Source of the DNA: Setoptus koraiensis
Taxonomy: Eukaryota > Animalia > Arthropoda
DNA: 64,000 nucleotides
Assembly: GCA_048013815.1 (NCBI GenBank)
Contig: CM106585.1
Location: forward strand, 19,468,001-19,532,000
Direction: 5' to 3'
The number at the start of each line of letters is the position of its first letter. The first letter of the stretch is position 1. Positions 37,043 through 49,068 of this stretch are shown in pieces. A program made the position numbers and the translations under genes. Under the pieces are notes generated by a model. It was given only the letters and a program-made list of their open reading frames with translations. It had not been told where the DNA came from and did no database searches.

Positions 37043-37123
37043 CAAATTGATGTCTGATTCGATCGTTGAATTATCAGAACCCAAATTAAATAAACAGGCT
37101 ACCGAGGTCATCTAATGTTAATG
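37043..37123 (+). repeat. 81-bp direct repeat, right copy
   Basis: Identical to 32509-32589; lies 114 bp from the ClpX stop. Confidence 0.9.
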
Positions 37124-37236
37124 CACATGATATATTGTGTATCATACAATCAAAACTACTTTGCAGCCTAACTCTGTACATGGAAAGGATAGGAATGAGA
37201 TGGTGTAGTTAGTTCACCATGTAGAAAGACTATCCT

Positions 37237-40041
37237 TTATGGGTTTACAGCCCTTTCTTTATCTGATTCGCCACTGTATTTTCCCTCGAAAGCCTCATCA
37301 GTCTCATTGGAATCCTTGTCATCTTTAGTTTTGTATACATATTCAGCTTGACCGTTACCCAAGACTACGTCTTGAGTTACAACGACACTTTTTATATTTG
37401 ACTCCGGTATGTCAAACATGGGATCAAGCAATATTGTTTCTAAGATGGCACGTAAACCTCTAGCTCCAGTTTTCCTTTCCATTGCTTGCCTCGCTATGGT
37501 TATTAGTGCATCTGGCTCAAAGTTCAACGTTACATGATCCATGTCGAACAATTTCTGGTATTGAGTGACCAGGGCATTTTGTGGCTTAGTTAAAATGTCC
37601 ACTAGCATGCTTTCTGTTAGACTGTGGAAGGGCACAACAACTGGAAAACGTCCAACGAATTCTGGTATCATGCCGAATTCTATGAGATCGCGTGCCTCGA
37701 CCCCTTTTAAAAGCAGATCTTTTTCAGCAATGTCCTCGGCAACATCTGATGGGGTAGAAGAATAATTATCCGCTAGGTCTGCAGCTGAGGCTGCTCTTCT
37801 TCCCTGAGAATTTTCTGAGGCCGTACCAAAACCCAGGTATTTCTCGTTCTTTCGTCGACTTACTATCCTGTCGAGTCCATTAAAGGCACCCGATGCGACG
37901 AATAAAATGTTTGTCGTGTCAACAACGACTGTCTCACCTCTTATCTTCCTGGAGTTTCGCTCAGGAACATTGACTAGAGTACCCTCCAGCAATTTAAGCA
38001 TTCCTTGTTGAACACCTTCTCCTCCAACATCACGAAGCTGATGAATGCCTGGCACGGCTCCAATCTTATCAACTTCATCCAAAAATATGATTCCCTGTTG
38101 CGCCCTGTCGACCATAAAGTTAGCATCTTGTAACAACTTAGATATTACGGACTCTATATCTTCACCTGTTTGGTGGAAGTCAGGGAAAAAACGAGACCAG
38201 AAGAACGAAGTTAGAACAGTTGATGAATATGCTGACGTAGCGATTTCTCGTAAACATCGTGTTATCTTACCGACGTATCCTGCCTGAGTTAGAGTTGTAC
38301 AATCGCAGATCGCAAAGGGCACCTCTAGACATCTGGCGATAGTTTGAGCGAGAAGAGTTTTTCCACTTCCCGTAGGGCCTAACAGTAAAATGTTAGATTT
38401 ATCTAATCTTAGTTCATCGTTGGGTGTATCCAGAATTTCTGTACCTCTGCTTTGACCAGGAGGCTGTGTCTGATTGGCTCGGTTGGCGTTTCCTGCTGAT
38501 GTTGTTGTTGTATTATTAGTATTATGATTCATATTTTCTAGTGACTCAGAAGTGACTTGATTGTAAATGTTTGGTTTAGATGTAGGTTGATTAGATTGCG
38601 GTGTAACACCAAGTGTATCTGATTGATGCAGAATACCTGATGAGCATAGTGTAGTAGTAGTTTCAAGAGTTTCACAGAAGCACGGAAATCGATAGAGTGA
38701 AATTTTATTTATGAGAAAAGTTGTTAGAAAGACAGAATGCAATGAAAATGTGCGTACATTAATTCTATAGGTTATTCTTAGACTGGTAAATAATACTTAC
38801 CGTGAGCTATGGACGAATCAAATGAGTCCTGGTGGACAGATGATTCACCCCTAGAAGATCCATTACCTGCCGCAGCTGCTGCAAAAGCTAGATTTTGGAT
38901 GTTATTATTGATCCTCTTATAATGATTATAAACTGCCACAGAAAGCACCTTCTTTGCGTAATCTTGTCCAATCACATGTCTATTTAGATATTCGTATATT
39001 TTTTTCGGAGATGGTAGTGGCTTTTGCTTTGCCTGTACCGTGGCAACATTTGATTTCACGGCAAAGAATCTATCTTTCGCTTGCTTCTTGGATGTGGTGT
39101 CTTGAGCCACGAGAAACAAATTAGAACATTTAGCGCATATAACAAACCGGGAAGTGTCTATACGGTATATAAACAAGAGAGAGAGAGAGAGAGGAGGAGA
39201 GAGAGAGAGAGAGTAATAAGGAATGAGATTAGAATTGAGTGTATGGTCAATTGATTAATCAGGTTGAAGGTCAAATAGTTGAACACATACTGTTTACGGT
39301 TGGGGAGCACAGGGTGCCACATTTTGGACACTTCAATGAGTCTCCGTTACCGGAACCTTTTCCACCGATTGTCGACGAGCCTCCGTCGCTAGAGAAAGAA
39401 GTGAAAGGCGTCGATCGATTGATACCATCATCACTGTTTGAGCTGGATTTTCTCACGCTAGTATAAGCTGGCGATTTGGACAAGAGTCTGGTGGCCATTC
39501 TTGCAGAGTTTTTCTTTGCATTGTAGAAAGCATTTCTATGGTAAGGCACATCAGAGAATGGTAGATTATGGTCAAGCGAGGTAGCTGATGGTCGAGGTGG
39601 ACAATGGTGATTATGAATATGAAAATCACTCTGGTTATTTGCCAAGTTGTTGGCAACAGCATCGCCGTCACAAGGTCGTTCTCCTTGGTTGATTAGTTGT
39701 TGCTCAGTATCAAGGAGGTTATTTGTTTGTTTTGTTGTTGCATCATTGCACGTCGATGTAGGAGTAGATTGCTGTTGTTTTCCTGAAGATGATGAATCAC
39801 AAAGAGTCGAGGTCACAACTAATGTACGCCTATCAGTTCTAAATGCTATATATGCACATTTTTGTTGTTTATGTCCAAATAATGAACTATTTATAATACA
39901 ATAGTTAAATTGAGTCCCGGAATCAACGGTACCAATTCCATTTGAACGCTGTAAGTAGGCTCGCTTCTGTTGTAAATTTTGGCGACCGAATGACTTTAGG
40001 TTCGATTTGAGTGCCACATTTTTCAGAGTAGATTGAATCAT
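37237..40041 (-). CDS. ClpX: Mitochondrial ClpX AAA+ unfoldase; exons 40041-39291, 39157-38801, 38636-38271, 38165-37237 (800 aa)
   Basis: C4 zinc finger CPKC...[25 protein letters not shown], Walker [13 protein letters not shown] pore loop, Walker [21 protein letters not shown] loop, TGARGLR; three GT-AG introns of 133, 164 and 105 nt with matching phases; start Met is inferred. Confidence 0.95.
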
Positions 40042-40799
40042 TTCGAAATGTGTGTCGAAATCAGTGTTTGTGCCGAATAAAATAACTGATGATAATGATG
40101 AATAATTGTTGGACACAAATGAGTATAATTATAATAATAGTAATAATAAATGAGATATTATCAAGTCGAAAAGAGAACGTATTACAAGAATTGTATGCAG
40201 TCTGTAGGGATGTCTAGTATACAGAGGTGTAATTGCAAAATTGTTTGTTCATTTGTTGTTTTCATGTGATTTTTGTTTATCGTCGTCTGCTCACACAATA
40301 CAGTACTACCATCACACTTCTTGTAGTTGTGTGTAGTATAAATCATACCAGGTATCTCGCACGATCAAGCTGTTTCAACAACAACATGCCTGAAATATAC
40401 TGTGACGCGCTAACACTGACACAAGGTAGAGGCCGTGCCTACCCAAACATTTCAACACAACGCTTGGGCATTTCTCGGGCTAATTTTGGGCATACCCCTT
40501 TTGTTATTTGTAGAATAAATAATGTTTTCATGCAAACTTGATTTATTTCAAAACTTGTGTTACATAAGTCGAGAGGGCGCCACGCTATTTGTGGAAACTT
40601 GCGTCATACACTGCATAAAATTGTATTCGTATATGCAGACATAATTTAATTTAAAAAACAAAATACAACTCATGCAAACATAAATATCATATTAATCTCT
40701 TATTAATATACTATGGCACTGTGTCATTACAGTGGCTAACTTCAATTCATTTCATTCATATGTTGTCGTTGATCGTCGCGTTATTTAATACATCAATGG

Positions 40800-41240
40800 T
40801 CAATCAGGATCAGATTCGGTCTCGGATGCGGTCTCGGATTCGGATTTAGTCTCGGATTCGGTGGCAGTGTCTGAGTCTGAGTCCTGTATTGACAAGAAAT
40901 CACTCTGGCTCAGGTAGTAATCGATCAAAAATTGGGCAAAGTGCTTTTCTAAAAATCTCACTGGTGTATAGAACTTGAATGGCTTTTGACCGGGATTTTC
41001 CCATCGGACCAAGAAATAATCTTCATGGTTGACAGATAATAGACCACTTTTAATTTTCGTCGGCCTACTCAGTGGTGTCAATAGGGCCTCTGGATTTTTT
41101 TTATCATGATTGCTGGAATCAGCTCCAGGCGTCGTCCGTTTCACTGGCTCCTGGACGCTTTTGAGGTTTGCCTTTTTATGCTTGTCAACTTTCTTCTTCT
41201 TGAATGTCTTGAACGTCTCTTCCCACTTGGCCGAATCCAT
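40800..41240 (-). CDS. Chromo-shadow-domain-only (HP1-like) protein, 146 aa, basic N-terminus and acidic S/E/T/D tail
   Basis: PTKIKSG...EDYFLVRWEN...YTPVRFLEKHFAQFLIDYYLS resembles the CSD pattern P.RI.G...ELMFLMKW...LVPA...CPQ.VI.FYE; no chromodomain present. Confidence 0.6.
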   Translation of the reverse strand: MDSAKWEETFKTFKKKKVDKHKKANLKSVQEPVKRTTPGADSSNHDKKNPEALLTPLSRPTKIKSGLLSVNHEDYFLVRWENPGQKPFKFYTPVRFLEKHFAQFLIDYYLSQSDFLSIQDSDSDTATESETKSESETASETESDPD

Positions 41241-43162
41241 GGCACTTTGCTGATTAATGGAATGTAATTAAAAAATGTTAATTTTGCATCGATTTCTCTC
41301 TTGCCAGTGAGGGTCGCACTGGGAGACAACAGTCTGCGGTGATAACCAGAAAGCAAAGCAACCTGTTATAGAAGGCGTCCTCGTGGCTGGTACGACGGTG
41401 AGAAATAAAGGCGCTCAATTCAAACGTCTTAATTTTCTTTCTTCGATTGATTATCTCTCGATCGCCAGAACCGGTAGCGACAATAACTTGAGCTTTTGTT
41501 TAGGTAACTCAGGCATTTAGAAACAATGACGACAATATGTATACTTATTTTAAAAGCATCCATACCGATTTGGACTACGTGTTAGCTATGGGTTAGCACG
41601 GATGGTAAGATTCTTCGAAGAAGTATCCCACCTAAAAAGGCCTACCTATAAAGGCTTGGTCAGTTAAGCTCACGTTGGAGCGAGTTGTTGAATCAATATT
41701 GAATTTGTGTCTTCATAAATTAGCTTAGTTTGTGTCACTTCGACCCACTCCTCATTGAACTGCTTCCTGCAAGTCTACAAAATGTCAGTCTTCTCTAACT
41801 TCGCAAATCCACCAGTAGCGTATAGCTGAATGTTTCTAAACTTCGTTGGCCATACACAATACAACGTTAGCATCAGTCGCCCATAAGAAACATATTTCCT
41901 CTAACTAGACATAGTATTGCACAAGCAATGAGTTCGATGATCCCAGGATCTTTTGTGGGCACATCTTGGTGAATGTTTGATTAATGTATGAGCCAATTGG
42001 CCAGATGATACATGAACACTGTTTGCTGAAGAAACAAACTTTCTAATGCCTTTTTTTATGAATTATACAACTCCAATATGGCCACATTCATCTTAATCTG
42101 CTGCTGCAACAGGTGCAACATTAACATGTTTGCAAGATGTCACCTAACAAAGGGATAACCACTGGATTATATTGAGTTGAGTCCGACCATGAGGTTTCAG
42201 CGCAAGCTTTGGCCATACATTGCATGTATCACTTAGGAAACTAGAAAAATAATTACAGTCTAGCTTGACGCCGTTGAACCTGAGCATGTTGTATGCATAC
42301 ATCGTTGCTTGGACGAGTTAACAATGCATCTGTCATCATTCGTCACCATCTGTACGGATGAAACAGCCACTTGCCATTTCCGTTTGTCAAGTCATCTTGA
42401 TAGTGTTTTGTATGCCGCGAACACCGGAGTCATCGTTATTCCAAACAATAATCACAGAGCAATCATGTCACAGCAAACGGGCAACCTATGAACCTGCGAC
42501 TCAAGATTATATGTGCAAAACCTTGAAGAGGTTGCGCTAAAAAGTTTTATATTTTGGCACGATTCAAATATTACCCAATAAAATGTTGTCGAAAGCTTGG
42601 CACGTCTGTTCTAAATCATTGAGGCAAAAGTTGATTGTCCAACTACACTGTGTGTTGCTGTTGTAAAATTGCTATGCTGCCCACAAACTTTTTATCGCTT
42701 ACAATTCTCTCAATTGTCACATTACACACATATCTTGTGTAATTATAATTGTCTCTGTAACTATATCATTTATAAGTTAGCTATATCTTTCATCTTTGTC
42801 GCTAGTATGTATGAGTCAATTATCGGCCAAGATTACCATCAGCGATTACAACTTTGGTGCACGCATGTTGTCTCTAGCTGTCAGGTATACGAGATCTTTG
42901 ATAAAACATTGATACCGACAAGCTTTCGTGTGATGTTATTATTGCCATGCAATGATGACTAGTCCAACTTTTTATTATTATTTCCGTTGCAATCAAAATG
43001 TAGCTGTGTGTGATCAAGAGAATAAATTTAAATTGACCGAATCGTCTCCAACTCATAAATCAGCCCTCATATTAATAGATTCTATTCTAAATTATTATGT
43101 GTGTAGCGATGTGCAGAATGGTAGAGAAAAGGTTCGATCGGAACACATGCAGTTGTTATGAT

Positions 43163-43241
43163 GCAGATATTCGAACCCTCGGATATTGAGATCCCTAGAT
43201 ATTCGGATATCAATGAATACTATTCATCCATATATTCGAAT
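43163..43241. mobile_element. Possible hAT/MITE remnant with ATATTCG/CGGATAT repeats
   Basis: Minus strand reads TAGGGATCTCAATATCCG (Ac-like TAGGGAT start) among clustered GATATTCG motifs. Confidence 0.25.
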
Positions 43242-45879
43242 AGGCGAGCGCGTATGGTATACATAACATAGCCATCGGATTATCTGAGTGGTGATTGAAT
43301 CTAGCTGCAAGAAGTAGTAAAGTTGCAAATGTACACTTGAAATGGTAAGCTCAAACACAAGCTGCCAGTTCAAAAGAAATGGTCTGTCGGCTCTCTGTCT
43401 CTGACTAAGGAACATACATGTAACAGTGGCAACGACAAGCAGCAACTGGCATGCCTTTGGGCTAACTAATTTTCAACATTGGCAAGTACCCAAGAATGCC
43501 TCGCCAGAAGTCTCATTGGTACTTTTTGTGACATTACGATCAAACATGTAAACCATAGATGTGCCTGTGTGTGCATTTCCTTAACTTATATCGCTAAATC
43601 ATTCGAATTGCTAAATATATATATGCGTATGTATATTTATATTCATAATGGTTTGCAAGATGTTCATAAATAGATAGTTGAAAAGTGAACAGTAAACTTA
43701 TTATAATAATAAAAGTTCATCTTATTAGGCATATATGCAAACAAAGTTGCTGTTGGGAGTAGTCTAACTGATGTTCATCTGTTTAGACACACACACACAC
43801 ACCACATAAGTCGACAAGTGTATAATGAGTCTCACAACACAAACTAACGCAATCTAATCAACACTATCTGTCTAGATCATGAAATCAAATGAATGAATGG
43901 AGCGCAATGAAACAGGCAGCACAACAATACCACTTGTTGTTGTTGTTGTCTAGTACCATTATGGTGATATGGTAGTCTCGATAGTATTAGTACAGTATCA
44001 TCTTGTTGGTCGCATCACAATAACAGTGTGCATCATCATCATTATGGCGGTGATAAATCATGCCTCTTCTATTAGGTCTACTGCAACCGACAATACTGAT
44101 ACAAAGGACACAATTAATTGCGTAGCGCGCATCATTATAATGATTAAAAGAGGCGAAATGGCACTGGCAACAACAACAACAACAATAATAATAATGAACA
44201 ACAATCACTGTATTTATAGTATTGCTCTGGAAACGCACCAGGCATTGATACTGTGTGATGTGGGGTTCATTCAGGCACCGCTAGCGTCAATCTAGTGCAA
44301 AGTGATTGAACATAATTGAAATCAAACAACAATTAAGAGAGCCGTTCCGCTCAACTGTACCGCTCAACTATTTGCTGTTTATTTCCGGCCTACTCGAACT
44401 TGCAAGATTTAGAGCAAGTTGGCGTGGAGCAACGGAAGAGTCATTACCACACCTAACTACTACTCGAGTGTGAGGCATGATCTTTCAAGGGTAACGCTGA
44501 AGTGGTTTCCCATGTTATATTTGTGGCGTAATACACAGGCGCCACAATGTGGCTCATACATGTGGCTTATGTCTTTGGCAACACTAACAAAATTGCAATT
44601 AATCACGTAGTCGATTAATTATTGACTGTGTATGTGTGCCATTTCCACAGCGAGGCCACCTGGTGTCTGTGGTCGATAGTGGCGGCATGGCAATGTGTTG
44701 GGCATACGCAATTAGTCAATTAGTCTGTTATATATACTATTAAACTGTTTTATAAACGAGTGAAATGCAAGAGTGCAATGGTAATAAATTAACAATAATT
44801 ATCATTTTCTTTGCGCGCTTCCACTATTTATATATTGTCGTAAGTGTGTTTGTTTATATGTTTGTTTGCAGCATTGGCAACAATGCAATCAATTGCAGCG
44901 CTCTGAAAGAGTTGGTTTGCAAAAAAAAGTTCAGCCCATCTCTCAAATCATTTGAGTCAAATGTGCGCCGGCCGATCGATGATAGAGTTGAAGCGTTCAA
45001 CCTGTCACGATGATAACTTGACATGGCGTAGTGCCATTATTGCTATTACATGTGGCGGCATTATTGCATTATTGCTTGCGTTGTGAGTCTCGAGAAATGG
45101 CCGGCTTCTGGAGGTTCGACAGGGAGTGTACCTGAGTGTATAGGGCGTATTTAATACATAATGCGATCACTGCACGACGCAATTGCGTTGTGCGTTTGCA
45201 AGCCAGAATGATATAATAATAATAATAATTAGTGAGTCAGACACACACACGCACACACAATATATCGCAGTAACGCACAAGTGAGGCCCGTCGCTCTGCC
45301 TCGTGAATATGTGGCTGTTGCAGCTTAAAAATGCAACGATGAGATTTGTTTGTGTGCCTCGCCGTATGTATATATACTAACTCTTGCTAGATTATCTAGC
45401 TTATGCATCGAACGGTTGCGTAACAGCGCAAACATGCACCGCGTTACTAGCTGTCTATCATGTGTGTGTGTTGCTGCACTTGTTAGAGTGACTCAAGCGC
45501 ATTACGTAATGCACTCACACACACACACATTTAATACTGTAAACATAGCGCTTCAGTTGGTATCAGCGGTTATTATTTCACGATTCATATCATGATGAAG
45601 AGGTAATCTATGGCTTTTCTGCATCCGCCATCCACCCTGCTGCAGTCGCCAGTGAGCCAGTGAGTCAGCCTGCCAGATTGGCGAGCAGGCCTTGGCTAGG
45701 TGAGCTTGAAACGATGATGCGATGATGCAACAGCGACGACCGAAAATCTAGCGACGACTAAACATCAACGCTGCAAAGCGCATTCAACATCAACATGGAG
45801 ATGGTTCGGCATGGTCTGGCACGGTTGGCTGAGGGCGGCCGCCGCTGACGCTCGCTGACACGAACGTACCGCTGCTAAG

Positions 45880-46300
45880 CTTGTTAGCGACGAGTCGTCG
45901 AGCGACAAAATAGCAGCGACCAAACAGGCGAGAGAATTCGAGCGAACTGCGAGCGAACACGAACGGCCAGCATCGAGCGGGCCAGCAGCGAGCGAGCCAG
46001 CGATTGGCGACGGACGAACGACTGCAGGAAGCGGACTGCACTCTGCAGGCTAACGACCAGCGAACGAACGAACAAGCAGCGAACGAACGACTGGAGACGA
46101 GCGAACGGGCGAGCGAACGGGCGAACGAGCCGGCGAACAAGCCAGCCAGCGGCGTGAGCAACACAATGCCCATCTACAGCGATCCGCAGAGTCTAGATTG
46201 ATTGAGCCGCGCCACCACGCCCTGATTACTGTTGCGGCAGCTACTTGCCCGTTCGCTTGTTCGTTCGCTTGGTCGTTGGCTTGTTCGCTCGCTCGCTCGT
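45880..46300. repeat. Low-complexity (CGAA/GCGA)n tract followed by its complement (TTCG)n
   Basis: GCGAACGA-rich ~46050-46135 and TCGTTCGC-rich ~46248-46300. Confidence 0.6.
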
Positions 46301-49068
46301 TCCTGTAGCACGCAACACATGAGCAAAATGGCCAGCGGCCGACAGCACATGAGCCGCTTTTCACTGGTCGCTTTTTACTACTCGCTTCCTCCCCCCGTCG
46401 CCGTGATCACCACGATGGTCATGAGTGTGCCCGAGTCGCTCTGGCAACTGAATATCGTGTGTGTGTGTGTGTGCGTTGGTTCTACGCATGGAACTTCCAT
46501 GATGGAACTCACAGAACTAATGCAACTAGACACACACACATAATAGGATAGGCACACTATAAAACACTATTATGTATGTTTTATATGTATGACGGAGAAC
46601 TTTCCACAAGGAGCAGCCACATTTGATGAGCGGCAGCACCACTGAGCGGTGATGCAACTTGCATCTTTATATATATAGATAAATCCAGCCCCCTGACCCC
46701 CCCCCGTCCACTGCTCGTCGGCGAACAGAGACAGAGCGAGCGAGCGACAAGATTCAGGGTGAAGAGCATCTGCGCATCTGGGAGCACACACACACACACA
46801 AGTGGGGGCGCTAAATCGAATTGTTGCGCCGAGTTGTCCATCGGCGAACTATCGCCACTAACGCTGCTCCATTGGCACTAGTGTGTGCGTGTGCGTGTGT
46901 GTGTTTACCCGAGCTGGCATAGTGTGAGCAGTTAAATTAATAATAGTAAGCCGATAATACCACTACCGAAACTTGCACTTGCACCAACCAGTCGCACCAG
47001 CAGCGTCGAATCTGTTGCGGCGGCCAGCGAACAACAGATCTTGTGTGATGCCCGTCCGAGCCAGCAGTGCTATTATTACGTGTGCGCCGCTGCCAACCAA
47101 ACAACGGTTGTCGAACAATCCGACAACAGAGGGATGACCAACAACAACAGCAGCAACAGCAGCAACAACAACACCAACAACACCAACAACAACAGCGCCG
47201 CGCAAAACAAAAGTTGATACAAGATACGTAGCCGTCGTTATTATTATCACCAACGGCACCTAACAACACCGCTGGCAAACAAATAGTTTTAACAGACACA
47301 AACCGATAAGAGAATAACCGAACAGACAAAATAGACAAAATAGAAGCAACAGAACAGAATAACAGAACTCACAGAATAGAACCGATACAACTGCACACTC
47401 AAGAACACGCCAAGCTAACAATTCACTTGGCAATTGTGTGTGTGTGTGTGCCAAAGAAGAGAACAAGTGACGACTGCTAAACGAACTCCAGTGGACGCAA
47501 GCCTGCCGCCGCCGGACCAACGACAACCGCCAGCGAGCAGATGGAATTTACTCTTTACCACTAGTCACAACATTCGTTACCTACATAAACCCAACTAATA
47601 ACGCAAACTTGCTTGCCCCCAGCCAGTATCGCCGCCGAGCCAGATAGCTTAACAACAGTTTCAGTTAGCGCAACAGAGTTTCTGCAAGACGCCAATCACG
47701 ATTAGCAGCCGATCGTGCATAAATTTATACAAATATATATATATTTATATATATTTTATCAACACCAACAGATTGTATATTACACATCTTGTGTGTTAGT
47801 CGCTCGTCAAATGCCAGCCACAGTTAGTCCTACCCACTGACGCCTGTAGTAATTTATTATTATTATTATTATTTAAATCTCCTATTTACTCTGTTCGGTT
47901 CCTACAAAATTAAATACACCAACAACAACAACACCAGCAAAGCCGTTTCAATAATATACAACAAAATACAACGAGACTCCCAATTTAGACGACCGTTTAA
48001 CACTGCTTGCACAATATTGTCTTCTTCTGTACCTTCTTTTTATTTTACCTTGTCCATCTACCCACAGCAACACACTTACACACGAGCGATGCATCATTAC
48101 CACCAACAAGAATTACTCGCTCACTTTGTTGCCTGCTTATGTGTGTGTGACCATAAACGCGACACACAGACACACTAACCAAAGCATCGCAAACAGACAG
48201 ACACACACACACAAACATACCACTCTCGTACAATTACAATGAACTATCCACTACACCATAGGATTACTCATTGGCGGTCTACAACAAAAAACCATCGATT
48301 GACGATCGACATTGCTGCGATCGCGGCATCATCATCATCTGTAGCGGCAGCAATAAGTCAGCATCACTAATAAGCATAATATTTTATACATAAACAGCAT
48401 TCTGTTACTATTATAATTATTATTACTATTGCAAAGATTATCACATTACTATTATCACTATTATGATAATACACTCTCGAAACTTATTCATGCATTTAAC
48501 GTGGTGCCGACTCGCCATGAAGTAACACATTTGTAGCACAAGGCATAATACAAAACACGAATTTATCATTACATAAAATATATATATATATCTATGTATA
48601 TAATATAATATTATATTATATTATTTACCAAATTATTACAGCAACACCGCACCAACATAAAACATTTCATGGGAGTAACGACCACTCAAACACACACTAC
48701 TTAAGGGGGGCACTGGTTTCTACAACAACCTCGCATGTGATCTACAATTTACATATTTGCTACTTCTGCTACAACTAAATACACATGAAGGCACACAGAG
48801 CAGTTGATAACTTTTATTATTATTCTGCATTTTTATAATATTTTGCACCCACATGATGATTGATATCAATCAAAGTAGCCTAAATGACAAGACGACCACT
48901 CTATCATATGAACATAATTAATTATTATTAATTAGATGGTGCTTAATACTGTCTGTACTATACACTGAAAATATTCTGCAGAAACCACTAGCTGAACTCT
49001 CAAGAGAGCAGAAGCTTGGGAAATCGAACAACTTCTCTCACCACAAAATACATACACAAGCAAAAACT

